Assembly (NCBI RefSeq): GCF_006345805.1
Contig: NC_043018.1
Span: 3,162,001-3,226,000 of the forward strand
DNA length: 64,000 nt
Reading direction: 5' to 3'
Source of the DNA: Octopus sinensis
Lineage: Eukaryota
Shown: piece after piece, positions 25,313 through 39,374 of the stretch
Layout: every line of letters begins with the position of its first letter
Position numbering within the stretch: the first letter of the stretch is position 1
Program-made: the position numbers and the translations under genes
Notes under the pieces: generated by a model
The model's input: only the letters and a program-made list of their open reading frames with translations
The model's database searches: none
What the model was told of the DNA's origin: nothing

Positions 25313-25875
25313 TAGAGATGGTTGCAAACAACAGCTTCGAGGCATCAAAATAAATTTACTTGTGAAGCCTTCAGTTACGGAATATTTCATTCACAACTTG
25401 AGTCCCACTGACGTTGTTTTTAACTTTTATTCTTCAGAAGCGTTAAAATAAAGTACCTTTCAAGTATTGGTGTCTATGGAATCGGCAATTCCTTACCCGT
25501 CGGAATTTCAGTTTCGTTCCCATATGTATATATATATATATAAAAAAGTCTTTATTAGGAGAGGCTACAGTTTGAACATTCGATTTATTGTAAAATGATT
25601 GATTGTGCCCCGAGTTGGATGTCTATATTTTTTCATATTACGTATCTTGACATCTGAATCGTCAAGTGATGACAAAAATGGAACGTAAATATAAAAATCG
25701 GTATATATATGTGCGTGTAAGCATATGATTTTATATGTGTGTATGTATATGTTTGTATATATATATATATAAATATGTATATGTGTGTGTGTGTGTATGG
25801 GTGGGTGTAAGCATATGTTTTTATATATATGTGTGTGTATGTGTGCATGTATATATTTGTATATATATATATATA

Positions 25876-25912
<37 letters not shown>

Positions 25913-25985
25913 GTGTGTGTGTGTATGGGTGGGTGTAAGCATATGTTTTTATATATATGTGTGTGTATGTGTGCATGTATATATT

Positions 25986-26055
<70 letters not shown>

Positions 26056-27088
26056 TGTGTGTGTGTGAATGAATGTATGTATGTTTGGAAACAAATGGAA
26101 AATGATAGAAAAGAAAAGGTAAAATTGAATTATCATTAATCTTACAAATTCATACTTTTTTTTCTTGCTCGTGTTTTGTGTCAATTTTTGCCGATAAAAC
26201 GATAAAAAAAATTGGTTTGAATGATATGAAAAGATAACTGAATAAAACATGACATATGTGATATGATTTGATATGATATATGTTATGAAATATGTTTGCT
26301 TACATGTGCTTGCATGCGTATATATGTTATACACACACACATACATACATATGTATGCGCGCGCGAGTATTTCTTTACTTGTGTGCTGCTCCAATGATAT
26401 ATGTCTATGCGTATTTTGAGTGTGCCTGCGTATTTTTGTGTATGCCCGTGTATGCAAGTGTGTGCAAATGTTTGTAAATCTATGTATAACCAAGAGAAAT
26501 ATTGCTCCCTTATAAAACTGCATTGTGATGTCTATTATAATCCGAAATTTCATAAGCCTTCCTCCAAATTTCATTTCTATTTACTCTGAATTTGCTTCAG
26601 TTCAAGTTAAACCCAGTCAGTCATATTTTTCAAGACTCATTGTTAAGATACGAGGTGAACCACGTTATGTATTGGAGAAGGTTTATTTTAGTTTGTTTTG
26701 TTTTCCCTAGCTCAAGGTCAGTTCTGATCCCAGCAATGCGGATGTGACTACAGGTCATATCTACTCGTTCCAGGAATAAAGAAACATTGATCGCGATCGA
26801 ACCGACAGAGCCATGAGAGAGCAGATTTGGTATCTCCCACCAAGGAAGAAAATCAAAATCGACGTGGCCTTTCTCAAAGGATAGCATGCAGCTTCATTCC
26901 CCATTAAGTCGGCAGCCTCTGCCTTCTATCTAGGTTAGTGTATTATTTCCATTTAGGTCTGTTATTATATTTATCATACGTTACCATATTTAATGCACTA
27001 ATCATGGAAATGCTAATAATAATGACTGATAAGGTTCCCAAAGGCCGATACCTGTACCTTGCTGAGACCGCACTGCTCAATAACTTAA

Positions 27089-27255
27089 CAGGAGTGGCTG
27101 TATGGTAAGTAGCTTGCTAACCAACCACATGGTTCCGGGTTCAGTCCCACTGCGTGGCATCTTGGGCAAGTGTCTTCTGCTATAGCCCCGGGCTGACCAA
27201 AGCCTTGTGAGTGCATTTGGTAGACGGAAACTGAAAGAAGCCTGTCGTATATATG

Positions 27256-27286
<31 letters not shown>

Positions 27287-27503
27287 TTGTGTGTCTGTGT
27301 TTGTCCCCCTAGCATTGCTTGACAACCGATGCTGGTGTGTTTACGTTCCCGTCACTTAGCGGTTCGGCAAAAGAGACCGATAGAATAAGTACTGGGCTTA
27401 CAATGAATAAGTCCCGGGGTCGATTTGCTCGACTAAAGGTGGTGCTCCAGCATGGCCGCAGTCAAATGACTGAAACAAGTAAAAGAGTAAAAGAGTAAAG
27501 AGT
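27089..27503 (+). mobile_element. Long-family SINE
   Basis: Near-identical to the 11746 copy. Confidence 0.92.
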
Positions 27504-28093
27504 ATTTAATTTTATCCATTTTGTATTAGTAGTAATTATTTAGATAATTACTGATTCTTCACCTCACTCAGAAATGTATTATCAATTAAAATCAGTAGCA
27601 AAATGCAAAATAAAATATCATAAACATGTTGCTTACTACTTCTCTCCATTTCCCTCTCTTTTCCCTCTTTCTCTCTACCCTTTTCCTCTCTTCTCAGCTC
27701 CCTCTCTCTCCCTCTGCCTTCATGTACCAAACCTCAAGCATCGACGACCGTTGACCTCGATTTGAAAGTAAGGAAACTCATGAAGCTTATTTGTTTACTC
27801 GTTTCGTTCAGCCCCTTTATTAAACGTTAGGCAGGCTAGGACGTCACACCACACTCATAAATCGCCCGATCTGTCTAACAGCGACTTAGCTGTCAACTGT
27901 CCACCTAGTTTTGTATGCTTTAGCGACAACACAATCTTATGCTATTTGGCCCAAACCAGATCTCATCGATCTAGGGAAGGCCAGATTAACACCAATATAG
28001 GCCCTAAGAACTTAAAAAGAATTTGGTGCGCTATATATAAGTAATCCATAATATACGTAATTCACATATACATACATACATACATACATACAT

Positions 28094-28130
<37 letters not shown>

Positions 28131-28164
28131 GATAATTCATAATACATAAAAAAGATAAAAATAC

Positions 28165-28199
<35 letters not shown>

Positions 28200-31117
28200 G
28201 TGTGTGTGTGTGTTGTGTGTGTATGCATATACGTACGTATGTATTTCGTATGAGTGTATTTGTGGGTATATATTTGTATGCGCACATATGTGTATTTGTA
28301 TCTACGCGTGAGTTCATGTATATGTATATATATATATATATGGCGGTGCTCTAGCATGGCCACAGCTCGTGAGCTGATACTAGATAAAATAAAATTAAAA
28401 ATATATATATATATATTCTCGTGTATGTGAAAGCACAGATATTTCTACGCACTCGCAAGTACCTGTGTTTGTATATGTCTGGGAGACTATGGGTGTATGT
28501 ATATTAATATACGCGTATACCTATGCGCATATATATTTATATATGTTCCCGTTCCTGTGCTTATATCTGTAAGTCTGCACATGAATGTTTGAGTGTAAAT
28601 TTCAATATATATACATATATTGGGATGTTTGTGTATGAATACATATTTGTGTATTTAGGTATGGATGTGTATATATGTATATATATACTACACATAATGC
28701 TTGTAAACAAACGCGGAAGGCTTTGTCAGTTACGGAGAGAAAACTATTATGGAAGTATCATAGCACAATAATAACTGTGTACTAATATTTTATTCTCCGA
28801 TTTGAAGCGACAATTTATAAATACAAAAAATTACTAGAAATTGATTAGCTTACACCAGCTAGAATCGAACCCAAAAAATCTAAGCTAACATGGCCAGTTG
28901 CACATCGGGTTGGGTCAACCGCTCACTCATAAATTTTAATCAAATTTGGTTAATATATACTTAGACTGTATAATAGTACATATAATATTTATAATCAAAC
29001 GTGAAAGGTTTTGTAAATTATGGATACAAATCTACTATAGAAGGCTCATATCATAATAATAACTGTATTCCTTTATTCTTTTATATGTTTCAGCCTTGAG
29101 ACTGTGGCCATGCTGGGGTACCGAATAATTTATAATAATAGTATTTTTTTTATTATGGGTCTGAAAGCCACTATTAAATTCAAACCACGACGAACAGAGA
29201 ACATGATATTGAAGTCAATGATTTTAATTTAACGTTGACAACACTTGTATATCGCCTGAGGAAGCACAACTAGATCTCATTATGCAAACAAACAGTTGCA
29301 AAATCAAATACTTGTATTCTTGGAGGACTATGGTGCGTCGAAACAATTGTAGCGAATAATAAATAAATATATAACCATACTCCTTGATTGCAATTACTTC
29401 AGTTTTGTGTCTGTGTGTTTGTGTGTACGTGCGTGTGTGTGTCTGTATGTATGTATATAATACATACACACACATATGCAGATAACTATTATAATTATAT
29501 AAATGTATACACATTAACACGCATATGTGAGTTTGTGGTTTCGTTAGAGATTGAGAGATACAGACAGTCAGACCGATAGAAAGAAAGAAAGAAATTCTAA
29601 ATCACTTGCAATTAAACAGTCTATTACGGTTTAATTGAAAACGTTGTTGATTACGCTTATTTTTCTTGTGTTCATCAGCAAGTTTTTCATCTCTCCTTAC
29701 TCAAAATATTGCAAGACTAACTGAATATATAACGTTTAACATTTAACATTTAGTTGGTTCACAGAATCTGCTGTCTGTATAGTCTCATCTGAAGGCACGT
29801 GGCTTAGGGGTTGCGGTGTTCATCTCAATAAAGTAAGGTTGGAAGTTCGATATCTGGCGACGCATTTTATTCTATCTTGCTCCTGTCCACATAACTGGCA
29901 AAAATGAGTTGTACCTGGAATCCCAAAGGGCCAGCCTTTTCACACTCTTATTCATGTTGAATATCCTTTACAACGAGCCGGCTATTCCGCTGATCGGATC
30001 CAGTAGGACACATGTTGTCGTAACCGACGGAGTGCCAGTTTGGCGTACATTTTCTGGCGATAATCCACATTACTTGATGAATTGTTTTCCCAGTTATATT
30101 GCTACAATGTGGTAGAATCTGATATGACTGGATTTAAATAAATAATTATGCTACGCACATCTTGTTTTGAATGTATTTCCATTTTTTATGTCTTAGTCGC
30201 TATCAGAATTATGCATTCAGTAGGCTGCCTAATTCCGTTTTAATAAAGCGCTCATAATGTTGGTGTGGGTGTTATTTTTGAGGTTTCATTTACAGTCGAA
30301 GATTTTGGATCGCATCTTATTTAGATAATTGTTACCTGTTTTTACGAGATTTATACAGAAGGTATTATGAAATCTGTACGTTTCAGTAATATTCTACATA
30401 TCGACGAAACTGTTTTTATTTCCTCTTCAATGTTTGTAATTGCATTCTTGTACGGAAGATTGTACGGAAGATGATATTCCTCTTGCCGAGATTAGTGTAT
30501 TTTGCTTATGATGTTCTTAACATTTTCTCTGCATTGTCAATAGAAAATTATTATCGAATACATATAATACCCAAGTTTCACGTTCTCAGAGTTTAGCTAT
30601 TATACATACCTTTAAAATATTCAATTTTTTGCCATTTCAAGATCAAATGACAGGTGTTTTGCTCTTCTGCTTACAATATCAACGAGATGATTATAAGAGT
30701 AGGCGATGGATTTATATTGAATTTCGATTGTTTAATCCTTACGGTTAAGCCTTGTGTGGCGCCTGACAACTTAAATGAGTGCAGATATTATTATTTGTAT
30801 GAGAGAAACTTTCAATTTACATTGGCGTTATGTTATGGAGAATTTCCTGATACCACCAATTGTCTTTTTGTTTTACTGATAGTCCTTCAACATTACATTA
30901 CTCAATACTCAATGCCTGATTCAGACATTAGACTGCGGCTATGCTTTTCTTTTTTTCTTTTTTTTTTTTTGCAAGCGCGGTAATTATTCTATCAATTATT
31001 GGCGAACCAATAATTTACAGGGGGACTTAAATAAGACAACATCGGTGCAGAACAAACAGGAGTATAAACATACAACCTCACACGTACACACACATACACA
31101 TAATCATGTACGAAGAA

Positions 31118-31550
31118 GGCGGCGAGCTGGCAGAAACGTTCGCACGCCGGGGCGAAATGCGTAGCCGTATTTCGTCTGCCGTTCCGTTGTGAGTTCAAAT
31201 TCCGCCGAGGTCGACTTTGCCATTCATCCTTTCGGGGTCGATAAATTAAGTACCAGTTACGCACTGGCGTCGATGTAATCGACTTAATCCTTTTGTCTGT
31301 CCTTGTTTGTCCCTGTTTAGCCCCTTGTGGACAATAAAGAAATAAGAAAAGTTAGCGCGCCGAGCGAAACGCTTAGCGGTATTTCGTCTGTATTTACGTT
31401 CTTAGTTTAAACTCCGCCGAGGTCGACTTTGCCTTCCATCCTCTCGGGATCGATAGATTAAGTACCAGTTGCGTACTGGGGTTGATCTAATCGTCTGGCC
31501 TTCCCAGTAAAAATTCCGGGCCGTGTGCCCAGAGTAGAAAATATTCTTAT
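31118..31550 (+). mobile_element. Two tandem short-family SINE copies
   Basis: 31118-31344 complete; 31345-31550 diverged second copy, both with the GTCGACTTTGCC...GTACCAGTT body. Confidence 0.85.
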
Positions 31551-32266
31551 GTAGGACGAGTTTCTGCTCACCAAATCCACTCACGAGATTTTCGTTGGCC
31601 CAGGGTTGAGGAGCAAACATGTTACCATACAGCCACGCCGGTACTTCCTTTTATTTTTGGGATACCCGACAAAATACTGACTGTGTGAGCTTATTGTTTT
31701 GTATTTTTTTTTATCTCAAAATATACTTTTTAAAGAAATGAAAGTTTACAAATCATTCTTAAATTAAATGGCGCTATAAATTATAATAATTAAGGTTTAT
31801 TTTTGATTTAAAATTAATATGTTGATGTTACACTGTAAAGTTGTATACCATATTAAAGCTCGTAAAATTTTCTTTGCTTTGATATACATCTTAATTCAGA
31901 ATTTACAACTACAATATATAAAAAATATTTTAACATTATTATACTAACAATTGTATACTAGCGTTCTTAAATTAAATGGTGCTAAATTTCCTGGATTCTG
32001 TAGTGTATATATTCCTCATAGAATGGGGCTACGGTCCCTCATAGAAACAGAAACCGCAATCTAAAGTTTGAATTCGACAACAACTTAAACACTAAGCTAC
32101 GCGCCTCACAAGTATATCATATATATATATTCATATATACATTCTCTTCTGCTTTCACCCAGTCTGGCGTCTACGCATATGGATAGACAGTTTGTGCCAT
32201 TTATTTCATGGGCTCCTCGTCAGCGTTTGTCGAAAAGCTTGCTGTGCATTTTGTTGGAGAATTAAG

Positions 32267-32370
32267 TTCCTGGATTTTCCTGAAGAGAAGGCTGCAAAAT
32301 GAACTCCTTATTCAATCCGAATTAGGGACTTTGCAGCCTTCGAAACATATGTAGAAAATAATAAAAAGGA
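32267..32370 (+). ncRNA. Apparently intact type I hammerhead ribozyme (same family as 5016/5330)
   Basis: ATTTTC(32274-79)-CTGAAGA(32280-86)-GAAGGCTGCAAA/TTTGCAGCCTTC (12-bp stem II)-GAAACATATGTA|(32353)-GAAAAT; distal TTCCT/AGGAA. Confidence 0.85.
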
Positions 32371-32413
32371 ATTTTGTTAAATCTTCGTTCAGCTCCATTT
32401 CTTCCTACACTTA

Positions 32414-32455
<42 letters not shown>

Positions 32456-32647
32456 GAGTGAATTTGTGAGTGAGTGTGTGTGTGTGTGTGAGTCTGAATG
32501 GATGCAGGTATGTATCTATGTATGTATCTATGTACGTGGGAAAGGATCGCATGTTAATCTTTCTCAGTCTCTCTCTCCCCCTCATGTTCGATGACGATTT
32601 TTCCCTCCTCCTTCCTTCTCTCAGCATCTTATCAAAAATTTATACGT

Positions 32648-32747
32648 NNNNNNNNNNNNNNNNNNNNNNNNNNNNNNNNNNNNNNNNNNNNNNNNNNNNN
32701 NNNNNNNNNNNNNNNNNNNNNNNNNNNNNNNNNNNNNNNNNNNNNNN
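32648..32747. other. Assembly gap (100 N)
   Basis: Run of exactly 100 N. Confidence 1.
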
Positions 32748-33159
32748 TAATTTGTAGCCAAAATAGTACTGAATCTTTTCATACCCCATACGTCAAAATC
32801 TGTAACTCAGTTTTGGAAAGCATAAGGAATTTATAATATATATGACAGTATCTCACATAACAATACAGACGTAAGGCCTGGAAGAAATTGCGGCCAAATC
32901 CCCCTCAAAACACCCTACTCTTTTAATCCGACAATTCTGCCTATTATGTAGTTTTAATGAGAAACTATAACTAAAAATTTAAGATTATTAACCCCACAGA
33001 GAGAGGAAAGAAGTGAGATGATTTTTGCGACGTTTTTTGCTGACTGTCATCCTGTACTCCCCTTGTTGCTAGCAAAATAGTATGAGCCGGCTGTCTGGGC
33101 AACTACTAGTTTTAATGGCAGAACAAAGAGGGCAAAAATATTACAAAAATAGCGATTGT

Positions 33160-33298
33160 TACTTTGAAACTAACGATTTCGAAAATCTTTTTTAAATTAC
33201 GGAACGCCCACCTGTGTCATGTATCCATGTTTAAAATTTCAGCGCGATCGGATGAACAATACTCGAGTTATAAGCGCATAAACAGACAGACAGAACAG

Positions 33299-33310
<12 letters not shown>
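33160..33310 (-). mobile_element. Possible Helitron 5'-end fragment
   Basis: Minus strand TATATATAAAATCTGTTCTGTCTGTCTG...CCGATCGCGCTGAAATTTT resembles the 5' ends of the other two Helitrons; no 3' hairpin found. Confidence 0.45.
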
Positions 33311-33329
<19 letters not shown>

Positions 33330-33503
33330 CTTTATTATTAAAGTTGAAAGTTTATGCAGCTTTAATAATAAAACATATAACTCTACTTCCGGTATTCAAG
33401 GGCTCTTTTTTTTAACATTTATATGCTTACTCTGAATACATGTATATATATTGTATGTATATCCATACACTGAATACATACATACATATATATACATATA
33501 TAC

Positions 33504-33548
<45 letters not shown>

Positions 33549-33595
33549 TAATATATATATATATGTATGTATATATATATATAATAGATATATAT

Positions 33596-33629
<34 letters not shown>

Positions 33630-33886
33630 ATATATATATACATCAACAAACGCACCCATATATGCATCAACAAGTTACGTACACACGTACATCCATGTAC
33701 AAGTACAGAAAGGACATACGCAAGAGTGTATATAATTCAGAGATAAAATTCTCAATGCACAAAACTATAGAAATGATACAACACAGCTTCTAACCATAGA
33801 ACGCTTCTTCTCCTCACCCATCGCCATATATTTATGCTAGTCTTTGTATTTACATCTCTTTCTGTAATGTATCACTATGTACATAC

Positions 33887-33923
<37 letters not shown>

Positions 33924-35111
33924 GTGTGTGTGTGTGTGTCTGTGCATATATATCTACATGTATGTATGTACATACCAATATACATACATGTGTATTTGTG
34001 CGTGTGTGTGTGCGTGTATGAGTGTATCTGAATCAATCAGCTCTCACAATTCCTTCATATTAGATCTGTCACAAGTCTGTTATTGAAATCTATAAACCAT
34101 ACTTTTGGTTTTCCTTTCACGATTTCCAATCCTATTTTACTTTATAAAAAGAATAACTTTTAATATTTTTTTCTAAATCGATTCTCACCCACACTATTTT
34201 CTGTTTCTTCTATCGTCTTTTCTTCTCCTTCCTCATCCTCGTCCTCCTTTTCCACCTCTTTTTAATTATTGTATTTATATATACCTGAGTGTGTATGTGA
34301 ATGTATGAATAAGTAAACAAATGCTAATAAATACATTGGTACATATTCGTGAATATTTTAGGAGAGCATATTTGATTACATCATTTTTAGTATATACTAG
34401 GCCCCTCTCCTCTATCCTTATGTGGGCGCTTGACGTCCTAGACATATCTGACTAATCTCGTCTGAATCACAATCATAGGAAGGAATATGTTCAATAATGT
34501 GAACCGTGTCTCTTGACTGATGATCACTGATATTCTACTAATGCTATGATTAGGGCATTTTCCGCCAAAATATCAGCTATCTTCCCAATGTATTATGGTT
34601 GTAGCCTGAACTAAAATGTCTAAGGAAAAATCGTACGTCTCCATTAATTCATTTAACTGGTACAATGTATCTGAAAGAGAGTCCTAGTATTTCTACTCTA
34701 TACAAACGTATCTTTCACCAGACGACCAGCCGGAAAAAGTGTGGGACAATGGTGAAGGAAACATGAAAATGATTATTGCTTCGTAGTTGATTGAAGGATA
34801 TTTCGACAGCATTCACTTATTTCTATGTACCAGGGACAAAAAGAGGAATGCTTGCATATGCCATGTTTGCGAAATAGAGAAAATGACTTGTTTTGAAATT
34901 TTATGGTCACAAATGTTTCCCAAAAGAAGCATAAAAAAAACGGCGATACGTTGAGCTAAGAAGACATAGCTAGGACGAAAAATATATCTCATTAGTTATA
35001 GAAATAGATATATAAGCCCTATAATTTCACCATTTCTGACTTTTGGGCGCTAAATGCTATTTTCGCAATTATGTTATACATAAATACATGCAAACATACA
35101 CATACACAACG

Positions 35112-35771
<660 letters not shown>

Positions 35772-36289
35772 ACACGTATGTCATTATTCAGTTGTATTTC
35801 AAGACTTCTTGCCAGTCGAGAAAGAGCCATGCATGTATGTATACAAAAATCACAGAAAGTAATAGGATGCCACGCATACCTCTACCGTAAATTCTATTAT
35901 GTGTTTTCTACCGAAAGCTTGCTGTTGTTTTTTTGCTAGCCGCCATGCGACCACGCAAAATTGCCTTCAATGAATCGACTCCGTAATGTGTTATAATATA
36001 CATCAGCCTTCTTCCCTTTTTTTTTTTTTACAATAAGCGTTTCCTCGAATGAATATAAATTGTTAAAGAAACTAACACAAAACTTGAAAAATTAATATAA
36101 TCTAATAGTCATATTATGAATTTTATTATTTTTATTTGGAATGTCTCGATCGGAAATATGCGTTGATTTCTAAATCGTTGAACAGACAAAAGTTGTTTGG
36201 ATGTGTTGCTTTCCAAACGAGTTCGAATCCTGATAAATGAAATTTTGCGTGTGTCTAAATTTTTTTTTCTGTCTTTATTTAATTTAAGA

Positions 36290-36478
36290 CGGTGAGCTTG
36301 TGGAATGTGTAACGTCATTTCGTCCGTCTTTACTTTCTGATTTCAAATTCCACCGAGGTCGACTATGCCTTTTACCCTTTCGGGGTCGATAAAATAAGTG
36401 CCAGTTGAGTGCTAGGGTCGATGTAAACCACTTATCATTTCCTCGAAATTGCTGGCCTTGTGCCAAAATTCGAAATTA
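36290..36478 (+). mobile_element. Diverged short-family SINE
   Basis: TTCAAATTCCACCGAGGTCGAC...CCTTTCGGGGTCGATAAA homology. Similar fragments at ~7820, 8080, 15300, 19015, 20590 and 46525. Confidence 0.8.
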
Positions 36479-36524
36479 ATATTTTTAATTTGATTTAATT
36501 TTTTTGTATTAAATTTATCCTCAT

Positions 36525-36935
36525 GAATATTGGGGAATGGCCGAAAAAATGCGATCAGGAATATAAGCGACTGAAATGGAATTCCTCAAAAGAGTCGTTG
36601 GAATAACATTACACGACAGAGCAAATAGCTCGCAGATCATAGACGCAGATCAAAGTAGAGCCTCTACGTCTCTGAATTGTAAGATACGACAGACATATAA
36701 TAACAATGTCCCAGGAAAGAATCTCTGGACAGATTTTACGGACAAAACCAATCGTCAGCAGAGCCAGAGGTAAACTGCGAAAACAACGGTTGGATAACAT
36801 AAATGAGCTCGGCTGACTTCGATTGAGGATCCAACCGGATCAAGTAGAGACGGTTGCTTCTGGCGGGAACCGATGGAAGGCGTGTTTGAGAACTCTGCTG
36901 CTTCGGCCATCTCAGGTATAAGTGGAAAAAAATGA
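36525..36935 (+). pseudogene. RTE-clade LINE 3' end relic
   Basis: Frameshifted translation EMEFLKRVVGITLHDRANSS...VEPL...ER...RARGKLRKQRLDNI..LG resembles the RTE C-terminal 'EM.FLRR..G.TL.DR...RPRGRPR.RW.D' region. Confidence 0.75.
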
Positions 36936-38165
36936 GATGAGGCACATATCCTCGGTTGTCCCTAATTCATTTACCATCGATTCGGAGAGACAGGATATGG
37001 TTAATTGCAAAGCACGTTACAATTATTCCGAGTTGATCAGTGATATCACGGATCGATACTCAGTCAAAGATTCTTCTTATTTTGATCATGTTATTAAATT
37101 TTACTCTTATTATTTTTTCCAAACATGAAACAGTATTATTAATGTCTGTTCAAAATCTGTTGTTTGGGCAAGTTAGGGGAACAACTGGGGGGGTTTCAGA
37201 AGAAAACATATTTTCCCCATCCGTTCTATTATTCGTTTATTCCAGATTCTTTTAACATCGATTATTCTTAACCGAAGATGCACAATGGGCAATTAAATCA
37301 CCACCAGGCAAATATCCAGGTTAATATGAATGCCTGTGCTTTCCAACCCCACTAATATGTAGAATTATCTTTAACCAGATACCCGTGAGTGGTGAAGATA
37401 GATACACAAAGGTCAATTAAGCCAAGTGCTGCGATTAATATGAATGACTATGCTTTCCAGCTCGACTAATAAGTAGAACTATGTTCCTCAGGTATAAATA
37501 TCGATTCAGTAGAGATTAAAATAAAAGAAAAATAAGAAAAGAAAGTTACAAGCCAGAGTGGAATATAGAAATTACATTTGCTTTTTGTAGGATTCTTTTT
37601 TGCTTGTTTTTATTTTCTAATTATTTAAGAAGTATCGTATCATTTCCTAGCAAATAAATTATGGTTGCTCTTCTTCAGACAGAAGTCAGGCCTGGCAAAA
37701 GATCAAGAGAGTTCCAACTGTGGCTATAGGATATTTTAGATTTGTTTCCATTGTAGTTATTGTGTTGCTTTTCAGACGATCAGACATATCTAAGACTTCA
37801 TTACCAAATTCGTTTTTGCTTTTTACTTTTTCGAAGATTCTTCAGTGTGTTTTGAGGGAAACTTGTCTGGTATTCCGTACGCACACACACATACACATAC
37901 ACACATACACATACACACAAATACGCACACAAACACACACATACGTATATATATATATATATATATATATACGTATGTGTGTATGTATGTGTGTAAGTAT
38001 GTATGTATACACATTCACACATAATATAACCACACATATATATATGCCCATATTCATACGTATATATCCATGTATGTATACGCCTTGTGTTTATATATAT
38101 GTATATATATATATATAAACACACACTCAGGCGTATACATACATGGATATATACGTATGAATATG

Positions 38166-38238
<73 letters not shown>

Positions 38239-38882
38239 ATATATATATACACGAGAAGAGGGATACATGTAGATAGATACACATATACAGATAGAGAGTG
38301 GAAGAAAGAGGAGGGGAGAGAGAGACTGAACAAGTGGATTATTACAGAGTTGTTGTTAACAGACAGAGATATAACGGTGACTAAGCGTTTCATGTGAGAT
38401 TGGAAGATTCTTCAGTTTAGAGGTCAGAAGTCTGATGAATGACCGCAGATAGGAACTGTCCATTGAAAAAGTCACCTAAATCTCCTTCAATAATTCATTT
38501 CATGAGTTAAGAATTCGAAAGAAATCTCAGCATTGAAGGCATCTTTATCATTGCATCAGTGACAAGGATAACAGATGAAAGAAGCCAGATTCCATGGGGT
38601 TCCGCTGTAGGAGACAAGCTTTTAAGATATATAGTTATATTTTGTATCTTTTATCTTTTACTTGTTTCAGTTATTAGACTGCGGTCATGCTGGGGCACCA
38701 CCTTGAAGACATTTAGTCGGAGTCGGCCCCCAGTACTTGATTTTTGAAACCGGGTGTGTATTCTCTTGTTTCCTTTTGTCGAACTGCTAAGTTGTGGGAC
38801 GTAAGCACACTAGCATCGGTTGTCAGTCGGTGGTATGGGGCAAAACAGACACAGACAAGCACACATATATATACATAAATAA

Positions 38883-38946
<64 letters not shown>

Positions 38947-38961
38947 CGTATATATAGATAT

Positions 38962-38993
<32 letters not shown>

Positions 38994-39013
38994 TTATATA
39001 TACATATATATAG

Positions 39014-39048
<35 letters not shown>

Positions 39049-39249
39049 TATATATATATTATATATATATATTTATATATATATATACGTATATATATAG
39101 ATATACATATACATATATATATACATATATATATACGTATATATAGATATGCATATATATACGTATATATTTATATGTGCGTATGTATATATGCAGGCAT
39201 GCATGCTTGCATGAATGTATGAATGTACGTATGGATGCATGTATGTAAG

Positions 39250-39374
39250 TATATACGACAGGCTTCTTTCAGTTTCCGTGTACCAAATCCATTTATCATG
39301 GAGTAGCGGTCACTTGCCGAAGGTGCCACGCAGTGAAATTAAACCCGGAAACATATGGTTCTGTAGCAAGCTTC
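39250..39374 (-). mobile_element. 3' part of a long-family SINE split by the 39375-41580 insertion
   Basis: Minus strand begins GAAGCTTGCTACAGAACCATATG...CACTGCGTGGCACC, the continuation of the SINE head at 41581-41617. Confidence 0.75.

Noticed and set aside
25633-26574. 313-aa ORF and similar YI/HT/VC-rich ORFs throughout
   Set aside because: Translations of (AT)n/(GT)n/(TATG)n tracts with no domain signal.
37810-38430. CTGAAGA...GAAA motifs on the minus strand near 37835 and 38400
   Set aside because: No convincing stem I or stem II pairing.
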